Notes under the pieces: generated by a model
Seen by the model: only the letters and a program-made list of their open reading frames with translations
Database searches by the model: none
What the model was told of the DNA's origin: nothing
Translations under genes and position numbers: made by a program
Part shown: positions 18,609 through 28,508 of the stretch, in pieces
Layout: every line of letters begins with the position of its first letter
Numbering within the stretch: position 1 is the stretch's first letter
Assembly: GCA_041650335.1 (NCBI GenBank)
Contig: JBAZLK010000005.1
Coordinates: 10,580-74,579 of the forward strand
Source: Patescibacteria group bacterium
GTDB taxonomy: Bacteria > Patescibacteriota > Patescibacteriia > JAHIZJ01
DNA: 64,000 nucleotides
Direction: 5' to 3'

Positions 18609-20069
18609 TTACTGTACCAATTTCTTATAGAGTTGTACATATTCTTTTGCCGCCGTGGTCCAGGTTGAGTCGTGAGCCAGGGCCGTTCGTATGAGAGATT
18701 TCCAGGCGTCTGGATTGTGCCGGTAGACGTCAGTGGCTCGCTCAATTGATTGAATAAGGGCGGCCGTAGAGTATTCGCTGAAGACAAAGCCGTCGCCGGT
18801 GCCGCTGGCCGGGTTGTAATCCTCAACCGTATCTTTCAGTCCGCCGGTAGCACGGGCGATCGGCACGGTGCCATAGCGCATTGCAATAAGCTGGCCTAGA
18901 CCGCACGGTTCAAATCGCGACGGCATCAGAAAGATGTCTGAACCGGCGTAGATGGCTTGCGCGAGGCTGGCGTCAAAACCGATCGTAACCGAGACGTGTT
19001 TCGGGTATTTTTTTTGGACTTCCTGGAGCATTGTTTCATATTCCGTGGCACCCTGACCCAAAACGATTAATTGAGCGCCTAGCTCGACGATTTTCGGGAC
19101 TGCCTCCGCAATCAGCTCGATACCTTTCTGGTTCGTCAGGCGCGAAACCAAGCCAAAGACGAGCGTCTCAGGATTAACCGCTAAACCAACCTTTTCCTGA
19201 AGCGCCTTTTTGTTGTCAGCCTTTTTCTCGATCGTCTCGCTGGTGTAGTGGACGGCGATATCAGGATCAGTGGCTGGATTAAAGCGGTCTTGGTCAATTC
19301 CGTTGACGATGCCAAAGAGCACTGTGCGCCGCTTTTGGATATCATTTTCAAGTTTTTCTCCATATTCCGGGGTGAGAATCTCTTGGGCATAAGTTTGACT
19401 GACCGCGTTCAGGAGGTCGCTCGATCGAATGCCCTGCTGGATTAGGTTGATATCGCCCGATTCGAGGGGTAGCGGCAACTCAGCTTCCTTGAGACCGAGG
19501 AAATCGAGCACCTCAGCCTTATTCCACAACCCTTGGTTGGCCAGATTGTGGATGGTAAAAAGCGTTTTTATTGATTGGACCGACGGTTCGGACCGCTGTT
19601 TCAGTTTCAGCAAGGTCGGGAGAATGCCGACGTGCCAGTCCTGGCAATGGATGATGTCTGGCGTCCAGCGAATGCCGCCGAATATTTCAAGGATCGCTTT
19701 CGAGAAGAAGACAAAACGATGGACTTCGCTGATCGAGTCGACAAAAGCTGTTTTTGAAAAATAAATTCCGTTCCGGCCGAGATACTTCTCATTATCGATC
19801 AGATAGACGATAACATTGGTGTTCGGGATGGTGGTCGAGTAGATGTTGACATATTGGGTTTCGGCGCCGAGCGTCACCGGGATGTTGGAGGCGACTAGCC
19901 GGCTGTGGTAGGTCGCGTCGTCAATGACGTCGTATTTCGGCAAAACAACGCGGACGTCGACGCCGAGCGTTGCTAAGACTGGTGGCAAGGCGCCGGCGAC
20001 ATCAGCCAGGCCGCCGACTTTGGCGATTGGCGTCAATTCTGCGGTAGCGAATAGGACTCGTAAGCTCAT
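18609..20069 (-). CDS. glgA: Glycogen/starch synthase (GT5), copy 1
   Basis: KVGGLADV, HCQDWH, TIHNLA, SRLTNQKG, PSRFEPCGL. Confidence 0.95.
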   Translation of the reverse strand: MSLRVLFATAELTPIAKVGGLADVAGALPPVLATLGVDVRVVLPKYDVIDDATYHSRLVASNIPVTLGAETQYVNIYSTTIPNTNVIVYLIDNEKYLGRNGIYFSKTAFVDSISEVHRFVFFSKAILEIFGGIRWTPDIIHCQDWHVGILPTLLKLKQRSEPSVQSIKTLFTIHNLANQGLWNKAEVLDFLGLKEAELPLPLESGDINLIQQGIRSSDLLNAVSQTYAQEILTPEYGEKLENDIQKRRTVLFGIVNGIDQDRFNPATDPDIAVHYTSETIEKKADNKKALQEKVGLAVNPETLVFGLVSRLTNQKGIELIAEAVPKIVELGAQLIVLGQGATEYETMLQEVQKKYPKHVSVTIGFDASLAQAIYAGSDIFLMPSRFEPCGLGQLIAMRYGTVPIARATGGLKDTVEDYNPASGTGDGFVFSEYSTAALIQSIERATDVYRHNPDAWKSLIRTALAHDSTWTTAAKEYVQLYKKLVQ

Positions 20070-20079
20070 GGGTTGTGTA

Positions 20080-21060
20080 TTAATAAGGATGAAATTTACC
20101 GGCAATAATATTGAGGGCCACGTTCCGGAAAAAGGGCAAGGCGGTTACGGCGTATTTTTTCTCTGTCGGATTGGTGGTCAAGGTGAAATAGTCAATATTG
20201 TTGATGCTTTGCAATAAGACCTCGACTTCAAAGAGCGTCCAAAAATGTTTCTTGAAAAGCGTCTGCTTGTAGAATGATCGCAGGAGGGCTTTTTGCCAGG
20301 CTGGATGGAGCCGGCCGCGGCACCAGATGACGGAAAGGTCGTGAGCGGCTGTTCCCCAATCGACGTTTTCCCAGTCGATGATAAAGAATTTATTCGGTCC
20401 ATGCTTGAAAAAATGGCTGGCGTATGGCTCGTAGTGCGTCAGCGCGTATTGATTGGCATCAAAGAGACGGCCCCGTTCCAGCAAAAAGCGCTGGGTTCGT
20501 TCGATGATCTGAGGCGAGTTAATCAGCCGGGGCAATTTATACCAGCCGATCAAGGCCATGTTCGTTTCCAGATTATGCCCGGTATAGACGCGGCGCAAGT
20601 GCGGGGGAAAACGATGCGACATCCGATGCACGCGCCCAAAAAAAGTCGTATACCAACGGATCGTGCCGGCGGTGAAAAAGGAAGGTTTAAAGATAAAATT
20701 GCTATCCTTAATATTCTGAGCCTCGCCGGATAATTGCTCGCGGATGTACCAGCGCCGGCCAATCAATCCATACGCGTAAATCCGCCCGGTCCGGCCTTGG
20801 AAAAACCGCGGGTCACGTTGTGAAAAGTAGCTCAGGAGCAACGCCTCCTTTTTCAGTCCGTGGTTTGGAAACCGATCGGTTCTTGGCGGCTTAAAGCACA
20901 TTTTAAAAATGACGCGGCGGTCACCCATTTGGCAGGCCGCCACAAAAAACCTCGGGCCGTTGCGATAGACATCAAGAACAGTCAGCTGGTAGGCAGCGAT
21001 GATCCGTTTAATATGCTGTTCGCCGTCGTGGCGCTCTTTAGCGGTGAGCCGCGGCTCCAT
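20080..21060 (-). CDS. APH/choline-kinase-like phosphotransferase with atypical catalytic loop
   Basis: VIFK, KKEA, THYEPYASHF, IIDWE, AHDL. Confidence 0.7.
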   Translation of the reverse strand: MEPRLTAKERHDGEQHIKRIIAAYQLTVLDVYRNGPRFFVAACQMGDRRVIFKMCFKPPRTDRFPNHGLKKEALLLSYFSQRDPRFFQGRTGRIYAYGLIGRRWYIREQLSGEAQNIKDSNFIFKPSFFTAGTIRWYTTFFGRVHRMSHRFPPHLRRVYTGHNLETNMALIGWYKLPRLINSPQIIERTQRFLLERGRLFDANQYALTHYEPYASHFFKHGPNKFFIIDWENVDWGTAAHDLSVIWCRGRLHPAWQKALLRSFYKQTLFKKHFWTLFEVEVLLQSINNIDYFTLTTNPTEKKYAVTALPFFRNVALNIIAGKFHPY

Positions 21061-22438
21061 GTTTTTTCGTTAAGAGGGTCTTTTTCTCCTCCAATTCGCT
21101 GATCCGGTTTCGGATTTGGGCGGCGCGTTCGTACTCTTTGCTCCGGGCGGCTTGATACATTTGACGGGTGAGATTGCCCACGATCCGATTATATTCACGG
21201 ATCGGAATATACGGCATTTCTACGGTAATCCGCTGGGTGACGTCTTCATCGGCCAACTTGGCCATCGTTTCAACCTTGCCGGTCCGCTGCCAGTCGAAAG
21301 CCGTAAAGACGATCTTTTGATATAAATCCTGGGCTTGACGTGCGATGGCCGGGGACTGTCGCGGTATCGCGAGGATGACATCGCGGAGTTCTTTGGCGCC
21401 CGCCTCAATCATCTCGATGCTCCACCAGGGCATGGCCGAAGCCCACCAATATTGATCGCTGTGCAAGGAACGGTCGAGCGCGGGCCGTATTTTGGCATAG
21501 GCGGAGGACGTCGTTGGCAGGCGATGAACCTGCTCGATGGCTAAGTTTGTCAGTTTCCACTGGGCGCGATGGATTTCGTTGTGAACGTCGTTCCAGCGTG
21601 AGTAGGGGGTATTTTCCTCAATATCGCGCTGCATGAGCGCCCAGCTTGACGGTCGGGGAACGACCGGCTCGCGTTTAGAAAAGTGCTGCGGCAGTTCAGA
21701 CAGTGTCACGCTCTTGATCTGCGGCACGCGGTAGAGATCGAAGAGCAGCTGTTCCAGGCCGGGCCGATGGTGGCCGAAGGTTTCTCCGTCCATGGCCGTG
21801 ACGAGAAAAGAGTGGCTCCGTAGGCGGTCACCGAGCAAATTGACGAGCATCCGGCTGGAAAAGACGCTCACGCCGATCTGAGCAGACAGAATACGGAAAC
21901 TAATGTCGCGTTCTCGGAAAAAGAAAAAGAAGCCTTTGTCGCCGCGCAGATGGCAGATCGTTTCATGGTCGGCGGCGTGATGATTGGGATGGGCCAGCTC
22001 ATCGATAATAATCCACTGATAGCCCAGTTTTTTTGCCACGCGGGTAAGCTTTGCCGCGTACCCCATTTCGGTCGGGAAAAGGCCTTTGGGCTGGTACGCC
22101 TTTCCGAAAACACGCCGGTTGGTTTGATGATTGAGCTGGATCTGGCGGATAATCTCTGATTCCGGCAGGAGCGGAAGGAAGGGATGGTATTTGGCCGTGT
22201 CAGTGAATTCGATTTGACCCCGTTCGGCCAATTTCCGGATGTTTGCTAGCACGTCCTGGAAGCCATCGCGCTGGAGCAGCTCGACGAGAATAGCGTTGAT
22301 ATTCAAGGTCAAACGGGCCTGGCGGTTTTTCAAGAAGCCGGCAAAAAGCTTGCGGTAGCATTCGTTGGCGATTTTCTTCACCCAAAATGGCTTCTGCGTC
22401 GGTGGCTGATAAATGTGGAGAAAGTTTGCCCAATACAT
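21038..22438 (-). CDS. GH57 glycoside hydrolase with C-terminal UVR-like coiled coil
   Basis: HIYQP, YHPFLPL, PTEM, MDGETFGHH, SSW, SDQYWW; tail MYQAARSKEYERAAQIRNRI. Confidence 0.88.
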   Translation of the reverse strand: MYWANFLHIYQPPTQKPFWVKKIANECYRKLFAGFLKNRQARLTLNINAILVELLQRDGFQDVLANIRKLAERGQIEFTDTAKYHPFLPLLPESEIIRQIQLNHQTNRRVFGKAYQPKGLFPTEMGYAAKLTRVAKKLGYQWIIIDELAHPNHHAADHETICHLRGDKGFFFFFRERDISFRILSAQIGVSVFSSRMLVNLLGDRLRSHSFLVTAMDGETFGHHRPGLEQLLFDLYRVPQIKSVTLSELPQHFSKREPVVPRPSSWALMQRDIEENTPYSRWNDVHNEIHRAQWKLTNLAIEQVHRLPTTSSAYAKIRPALDRSLHSDQYWWASAMPWWSIEMIEAGAKELRDVILAIPRQSPAIARQAQDLYQKIVFTAFDWQRTGKVETMAKLADEDVTQRITVEMPYIPIREYNRIVGNLTRQMYQAARSKEYERAAQIRNRISELEEKKTLLTKKHGAAAHR

Positions 22439-22442
22439 AGTT

Positions 22443-23675
22443 TTAGGTTACTGTTTTTCCTCCGAAGACGCGCGTGAACGTTTCGGTGTTTAAATAAGCT
22501 TGGCGGATATTTCGAGCCAGGCCGCTCCGCTGCCAGCGACGTGTTTCCGTGACGATGCCAGTATAGAGCCGCTGGGCTTGCCGGCACGTCGCTTTCGGAC
22601 AGTTCAGGAGGGCGAGCACGGCCAGATATTTTCGAGCGGCGGCTGACACGAGTTCTACGCTCCACCAGGGTGAGGCTGAGGCCCACCAGTACTGGTCAGA
22701 GGCCAGGGCTTTATCGAGAAGTTGTCGGGCGCCTGTCTGTTGGGCGTAGGGCTGGTCCGATGATTTGACCGCGCGAATCGTCAGCTCGGTCAGCTTCCAT
22801 TGCATGCGGTGGATAGTATTTTGTTTATTTTTCCAGAGGTAATACGGATGATCGTGGAGAAGCTCAGATTCGCGTGACGCCCAATTCGAGGCGACTGGAC
22901 GAGCGCTTTCCCAGCGGCGATAGGTTCGGAGCAATTCAGACATAGTCAACAAACGAAAACGTCGCGATCGAGCGAGAGTAAACCAGGTTTTTAGAAGTCG
23001 CGGATTATGGTGGCCAAGATTTTCGATGTCAACGCCGGTAATTAACCGGCCATGCACTCGCGGGTCGCGCTGGACAACGGTCAGGAACACGTCGGGTGAC
23101 TTCAAGGCATCCATGAAAAAGAGATCGCTGATGGTACGGTTGCGGAAGATCAGTTTCAGCGGCGTCTTGTTCAAGCGGTACCCGCGTTCGAAATCGACGG
23201 CGCCGAGGGTCCCAGTCAACGAAATTTCATCAAGAATCGTCCAGGCATAACCGAGTTTCGCGATCATTCGGCCGGTGCGTTCGCTGTAGCACATCTCCGG
23301 GAGATAAAAACCGCGGGGATTGTAGGCTGAACCAAAGGCCGACCGGTGACATTCGTCGTTCAAGGCAATCTGTCGCACGATTTCGGTATTAGGAAGGAGC
23401 GGCACGAGCGGGTGATACTTCACGGTGGCGGTCACTTCAATCTGCTTCCGCTCAAGTAGCCGGCGAATATCAGCCACCACATCGGCCGCGCCGAGCGACT
23501 CCATTTGTTCCGTCACTGAGCCGCAGAGGTTAAGCGTCAGTCGAATGGACGGCTGTTGTTTCAAGAGCCGAAAGAACGGTCGATAGCATTCACGAATCAC
23601 TCGTTTGACCACGCGACGATTCCAGTCGGGTGGCTGGTACATATGAAAAAAGTTTGCCCAGAAAACGCGTGACAT
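22443..23675 (-). CDS. GH57 glycoside hydrolase
   Basis: HMYQP, YHPLVPL, LPEM, VDIENLGHH, SDQYWW. Confidence 0.88.
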   Translation of the reverse strand: MSRVFWANFFHMYQPPDWNRRVVKRVIRECYRPFFRLLKQQPSIRLTLNLCGSVTEQMESLGAADVVADIRRLLERKQIEVTATVKYHPLVPLLPNTEIVRQIALNDECHRSAFGSAYNPRGFYLPEMCYSERTGRMIAKLGYAWTILDEISLTGTLGAVDFERGYRLNKTPLKLIFRNRTISDLFFMDALKSPDVFLTVVQRDPRVHGRLITGVDIENLGHHNPRLLKTWFTLARSRRFRLLTMSELLRTYRRWESARPVASNWASRESELLHDHPYYLWKNKQNTIHRMQWKLTELTIRAVKSSDQPYAQQTGARQLLDKALASDQYWWASASPWWSVELVSAAARKYLAVLALLNCPKATCRQAQRLYTGIVTETRRWQRSGLARNIRQAYLNTETFTRVFGGKTVT

Positions 23676-23683
23676 GGCCTTAA

Positions 23684-25162
23684 TTATACCCGGTGTTGAG
23701 CATAGCGTAAAGCTAAACGGAAGAGTTTGACGTATTTTTTTGCCGGTATTTCCCAGGAATAACTTTGTTGCATTCCGCGGCCGACCAAATCGCGCCAGGC
23801 GTCGTCGTATTTGAAATTTACCAGGGCGCGCGTAATCGCCACCAAGAGATCGCGCGAGTCGTATTTCCGGAACACAAAGCCGTTGCCATGACGGGTTTTG
23901 GGATTAAAATCCGTAATCGTATCGACCAGGCCGCCGACCGCGTGGACAATCGGCACCGAACCGTACCGCAAGCTGATTAATTGCCCGATCCCGCAGGGTT
24001 CGAAGCGCGAGGGCATTAGAAACATGTCCGAGCCGGCATAAATCTGACTGGCCTTCGTGGTATCAAACTGAAGATGAGCGGCAATCTTTTTCGGATGTTT
24101 TTTTGAAATTTTTCTGAAGAAACTCTCGTATCGTTTATCGCCACCCCCCACGACGACAAGCTGCAGCTCTTGGCGCATCAGTGGTTCAATGATGTCCATG
24201 ATAAGATCCACCCCTTTTTGCTCGGTGATCCGGGAGACCATCCCAATCAGCGGCACCTCAAGAGTTTTTGGCAAGCCAAATAATTTTTGAAGAAATACTT
24301 TATTTTTTAATTTTAGCGGGATGGAATTAAAATCATAATTTACTTCCAAGCCAGGATCGGTTGCCGGGTTAAAGTCAAAGTAATCAATGCCGTTTATGAT
24401 GCCAAAGACCCGATCCTTGCGATTGAGTAGGATGCGATGCAAATCCTGGCCGAATTCTTTTGTCAGAATTTCCATGGCGTATTGTTCCGAAACCGTGTTG
24501 ATGGCGTCGGCGTGGAGGATCGCGCGTTTGGCGTAATTAATATACTCAATCGCTTCGCGCTCCGAAAAACGCGGTAAACGAGAGTGTCCGTTGTCTTTCT
24601 GGTCGGGCGGAACCGACCACCAGTCATGCCCCATTTGGAAGGCCAGATTGTGAATCGTATAGAGTGTGGCGGTTGAACGAAACAGGTCGTTGTCTTGAAA
24701 CCGACGCTTCAGAAAATATGGGATCAAACCGGTGTGCCACTCGTGGCATTGGATAACGTCTGGTTTGAAGTTGATGAGCGTTAATAGCTTCAAGGTTGCC
24801 AGATTGAACAGAAAAAAACGTCGGTTGTCGTGCCGAGAACCATAAATTTCCTTGCGACTACCGAAGTATTGATAAAAGTCAACGAAGTATATCGGCAGTC
24901 CTTTCATTAATTCACCTTCCCAGAAGTTAACGTGACGAACCTCGTTCTCATCGAGCTGGATCGGAACGTCGGCGGCGATCTGCTTCAGGTGGTTTTTGGC
25001 CGGATCGACGAAGCCATAAAGCGGCGTGACAACGATTACCCGATGGCCAAGTCGCCGCAGGGCTTTCGGCAGAGAACGGGCAACGTCAGCCTGGCCGCCG
25101 GCCTTTGAAAAAGGGGCGACCTCGGCTGAAACGCTGACTATCGATAATGGGCGGAGGGCCAT
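23684..25162 (-). CDS. glgA: Glycogen/starch synthase (GT5), copy 2
   Basis: KAGGQADV, CHEWH, TIHNLAFQ, SRITEQKG, PSRFEPCG. Confidence 0.93.
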   Translation of the reverse strand: MALRPLSIVSVSAEVAPFSKAGGQADVARSLPKALRRLGHRVIVVTPLYGFVDPAKNHLKQIAADVPIQLDENEVRHVNFWEGELMKGLPIYFVDFYQYFGSRKEIYGSRHDNRRFFLFNLATLKLLTLINFKPDVIQCHEWHTGLIPYFLKRRFQDNDLFRSTATLYTIHNLAFQMGHDWWSVPPDQKDNGHSRLPRFSEREAIEYINYAKRAILHADAINTVSEQYAMEILTKEFGQDLHRILLNRKDRVFGIINGIDYFDFNPATDPGLEVNYDFNSIPLKLKNKVFLQKLFGLPKTLEVPLIGMVSRITEQKGVDLIMDIIEPLMRQELQLVVVGGGDKRYESFFRKISKKHPKKIAAHLQFDTTKASQIYAGSDMFLMPSRFEPCGIGQLISLRYGSVPIVHAVGGLVDTITDFNPKTRHGNGFVFRKYDSRDLLVAITRALVNFKYDDAWRDLVGRGMQQSYSWEIPAKKYVKLFRLALRYAQHRV

Positions 25163-25171
25163 AGAAGATAT

Positions 25172-25660
25172 TTAGGGATGAAGTTTGTGAGTGAGAATAT
25201 GTTGAGCGGCGCAATAGGCGCAGGCCACGGCGTCGGCTGCGTCGTCAGGACCGGGCAAGTTTTTGACTTTCAGAAGCAGCTTGAGGATTTTTTCGACTTG
25301 GCCTTTTGGCGCTTGGCCGTATCCAGTCACCGCCTGTTTGATTTGGAGCGGCGTCAATTCGATGATTGGCAGAGCCGCGGTGGTGACGGTAAATGTTATC
25401 ACGCCCCAGGCCTGGCCAACACTGAAGGCCGTTTTCGCATTTTTAAAAAAGAATAACCGTTCGATGGCGACGTGATCAGGCTTGTGGCGTTGGAGTATTT
25501 TTTTCAGCGAGCGGTTGATGACGATCAGCCGTTGCGCAAACGGCATCGTGGCCGACGTCGTGATGCAGCCAGCGTCGATATAGCTGAGGGCTGATCCCTG
25601 TTTCCGGATGACCCCATAGCCGATTCGAGCCAGACCCGGATCAATGCCGAGAATAATCAT
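25172..25660 (-). CDS. ruvC: Holliday junction resolvase RuvC
   Basis: ILGIDPG, AIERLFF, DDAADA. Confidence 0.96.
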   Translation of the reverse strand: MIILGIDPGLARIGYGVIRKQGSALSYIDAGCITTSATMPFAQRLIVINRSLKKILQRHKPDHVAIERLFFFKNAKTAFSVGQAWGVITFTVTTAALPIIELTPLQIKQAVTGYGQAPKGQVEKILKLLLKVKNLPGPDDAADAVACAYCAAQHILTHKLHP

Positions 25661-26385
25661 GGTTGATTGTTCGTATAGACGGCGTGGACGTCCTGGAGGT
25701 TCTCGAGATCGCTGATGAGTTGATCGAGTTTTTCACGCGCGGCCGGCTCAAGTTGCACCGGATTTTGCGGAATCAAGATAAGCTCGGCCGTGGCAACGGG
25801 TATGTGAAGCGAAAGAATTTTATCCTGAACAGCTTTCAGTTGATTTGGCGGTGTTGTAATTTCAATGCCTTCGGGATTCTCGCGGACGTCGTCTGCCCCG
25901 GCGTCAATCAGCTGAAGCTCAAGTTCATCTCGCGGCGTGGTGGGCAGATCCTTTTTCGCGATCAGGATAAGCCCGGCCGATGAAAATTGCCATTTAACGG
26001 AATTCGGCGTTCCGAGTGTCCCGCCATGTTTTCCAAAAACGGCTCGGATGTCATTAGAGGTCCGGTTTTTATTGTCGGTCATTGTTTCAACAACCAAGGC
26101 GGCTCCGCCCGGGCCAAAACCCTCATAAAAAACAACATCAATGATCGCATCACTGCCCTCACCGGCGCCACGGGCAATGGCTCGCTCAATGCTCTGATTC
26201 GGCATATTGACAGCTCGGGCCCGCTCAATCGCCAGCCGAAGCTTGAAATTCATCTCCGGATTTTTGCCGCCGTCCCGGACCGCGACCGAAATGGCGTTGC
26301 TCATCTTGGTGAACACGCCGCTCCGTTTCACGTCCGCTGTGCCCTTCTGCCTTTTAATTTGTGCCCATTTAGAATGGCCAGACAT
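25657..26385 (-). CDS. yebC: YebC/PmpR family protein
   Basis: MSGHSKWAQIK, YEGFGPGG, TDNKNRT. Confidence 0.95.
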   Translation of the reverse strand: MSGHSKWAQIKRQKGTADVKRSGVFTKMSNAISVAVRDGGKNPEMNFKLRLAIERARAVNMPNQSIERAIARGAGEGSDAIIDVVFYEGFGPGGAALVVETMTDNKNRTSNDIRAVFGKHGGTLGTPNSVKWQFSSAGLILIAKKDLPTTPRDELELQLIDAGADDVRENPEGIEITTPPNQLKAVQDKILSLHIPVATAELILIPQNPVQLEPAAREKLDQLISDLENLQDVHAVYTNNQP

Positions 26386-26494
26386 AGCCACAATGTAATC
26401 AAAAAACTTAAACGTGTCACTCGCCACTATACCAAAAAATAGGTCGCTGGTCAATTTGCCTAAACCACCAAGACCAGGTATGATTATAGGCGTT

Positions 26495-27583
26495 ATGTTG
26501 ATTTCCGAACAAAAAAAATACCGCCAGCAACTTGATTGCACTCCTAGAATTGATACCAATCGCTTCCTTGAATCGATTGAGGCGTTTCCGGCACAGGCGC
26601 GCCAAGCATGGAGTGAAGCGCGGCATGTTCATATTCCATCTAATTATCGCACCGTAAAAACAATCCTCGCGCTTGGCATGGGCGGATCAGGCTGGCCAGC
26701 GCGCATTATACGGACACTATTTGCGAATGATCTAAAAATTCCCATGACCGTGCTCGGCGACTATCGGCTGCCGGGCTGGGTGGATAGAAATACGCTGGTA
26801 ATCGTTTCAAGCTATTCCGGGACAACCGAAGAACCGCTAACGGCTGCCAAGAGTGCCCGGACCCGAGGTTCAAAAATGATGGCGATAACCCTCGGCGGAT
26901 CGTTAGTTGCCCTTGTTAAAAAATGGCGCATACCGGCGTACGTTTTTACGGAAACATATAATCCATCGCGTCAACCGCGCATGGGCGCCGGCTATATGAT
27001 TTTTGGGACCGCCGGACTTCTGGCCGCCGCCGGACAGCTTCGGCTTACTGACCGGCAAATAATTAGTGCCCTAAGTCGGACTATCCAGAAAACGCGAACA
27101 TGGCGGTCGGCGAGCCCACTTTCAAAGAATTTATCGAAGCAATGGGCAGTCCAGATGAAAGGCCGAATTCCAATTATTATGGCGAGCGAACACCTGGAAG
27201 CAACAGCGGAAGCGTTCCGAAATCGGATTAATGAAAATGCCAAGCAGTTCTCCGCTTATTATCCTATCCCAGACCTGAATCACCACCTCCTTGAAGGGTT
27301 GGCAAATCCGACTGCGGCTCGGCGATTGCTCGGCGTATTTTTAACCTCAGATTTATATGATCGCCGAAATCAAAAGCGTCATGAAATTACACGGAAAGTA
27401 TTTGAACACAATCACGTACCAACGGTAATGTTCCGGGCTGGTGGGAATGATCGGGTTGAAGACGCCTTAAACTCCCTCGCTTTCAGCGGGTACGCAACCT
27501 ACTGGCTCTCGATTTTAAACCAGGTAGATGCTTCGGTAATTCCTTGGGTTGACTATTTTAAAGACAGGTTGGCGCGACGCTAA
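26495..27583 (+). CDS. Bifunctional phosphoglucose/phosphomannose isomerase (SIS domain)
   Basis: GMGGSG, SYSGTTEE, QPR, NENAK, LNHH; start codon uncertain. Confidence 0.88.
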   Translation: MLISEQKKYRQQLDCTPRIDTNRFLESIEAFPAQARQAWSEARHVHIPSNYRTVKTILALGMGGSGWPARIIRTLFANDLKIPMTVLGDYRLPGWVDRNTLVIVSSYSGTTEEPLTAAKSARTRGSKMMAITLGGSLVALVKKWRIPAYVFTETYNPSRQPRMGAGYMIFGTAGLLAAAGQLRLTDRQIISALSRTIQKTRTWRSASPLSKNLSKQWAVQMKGRIPIIMASEHLEATAEAFRNRINENAKQFSAYYPIPDLNHHLLEGLANPTAARRLLGVFLTSDLYDRRNQKRHEITRKVFEHNHVPTVMFRAGGNDRVEDALNSLAFSGYATYWLSILNQVDASVIPWVDYFKDRLARR

Positions 27584-27608
27584 GCTACTTTACCATTGAT
27601 TTCCTTTC

Positions 27609-28508
27609 ATGAGTATACGTCGCTGGATAACTGAAAACCATCGCTATCGCCAGCTCTTGTACCTGGCGTTTTTTGTTTTGATCGCTGTCTATTGGCTGGT
27701 CTATTCGCGTCAGATAAGCCCGAAGCTATTGTATCTTCTCGCTCTCGGCGTTGTCGCGGCCATTCCGTTGAAAGGTTGGCTGAGAGACTGGCGCCCATTT
27801 CTCCTTTTGCCGCTATCATACGGAGCCATGCAGGGTATCGGCAGCGTTTTATCGGAACACGTCAATGTTATAAATGTAATCCAATGGGAAAAATCCCTGT
27901 TTGGAGGCATTCCCACAATCCAGCTGCAGGAGCGGTTTCATGCGAATGGATCATATGCCTGGTACGACGCGGTGTTCATGTCTTTCTATCTAACGCACTA
28001 TTTTTTCCCCTATCTCGTCGCCATCTTTCTGTATTTTAAGAGACGCGCCCTCTATCACCTGTATACCGACGGTTTTATCGTCCTGGCTGTGGCGGGTTTT
28101 TTCACCTACGTCCTTTTCCCTGCCATGCCGCCCTGGATGGCCAGCGAACAAGGCTTTCTGCCGACTATGCCGCATTTGCTCGTTGAGGTGGCGCAACAGG
28201 CGCTTCATGTATCTTTCCCGTCACTTTACCAAACGCTTGGGGCAAACCAAGTGGCAGCCATGCCGTCGATGCATGCCGCTTGGCCGCTATTTATCGCCCT
28301 CTGTTTAACCTTGTTTTTTCGATGGAAGGGCCTCGCCTGGTTTATTATTCCGGTTATGGTCAGTCTGGCCATCGTCTATTTCGGAGAGCACTACATCATT
28401 GATGTCGTGATCGGATACCTCTACGCTCTCGCGGCATTCGGTATTGCCGTGTATTTCCGGCCAAAGAAAATTGAAAGTCCCAGCCATGTCCCGCCAACGC
28501 TATCCTAG
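27609..28508 (+). CDS. PAP2-family membrane phosphatase/phosphotransferase (AUR1/IPC-synthase-like)
   Basis: PAMPPW, AAMPSMHAAW, GEHYIID; multiple hydrophobic segments. Confidence 0.85.
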   Translation: MSIRRWITENHRYRQLLYLAFFVLIAVYWLVYSRQISPKLLYLLALGVVAAIPLKGWLRDWRPFLLLPLSYGAMQGIGSVLSEHVNVINVIQWEKSLFGGIPTIQLQERFHANGSYAWYDAVFMSFYLTHYFFPYLVAIFLYFKRRALYHLYTDGFIVLAVAGFFTYVLFPAMPPWMASEQGFLPTMPHLLVEVAQQALHVSFPSLYQTLGANQVAAMPSMHAAWPLFIALCLTLFFRWKGLAWFIIPVMVSLAIVYFGEHYIIDVVIGYLYALAAFGIAVYFRPKKIESPSHVPPTLS

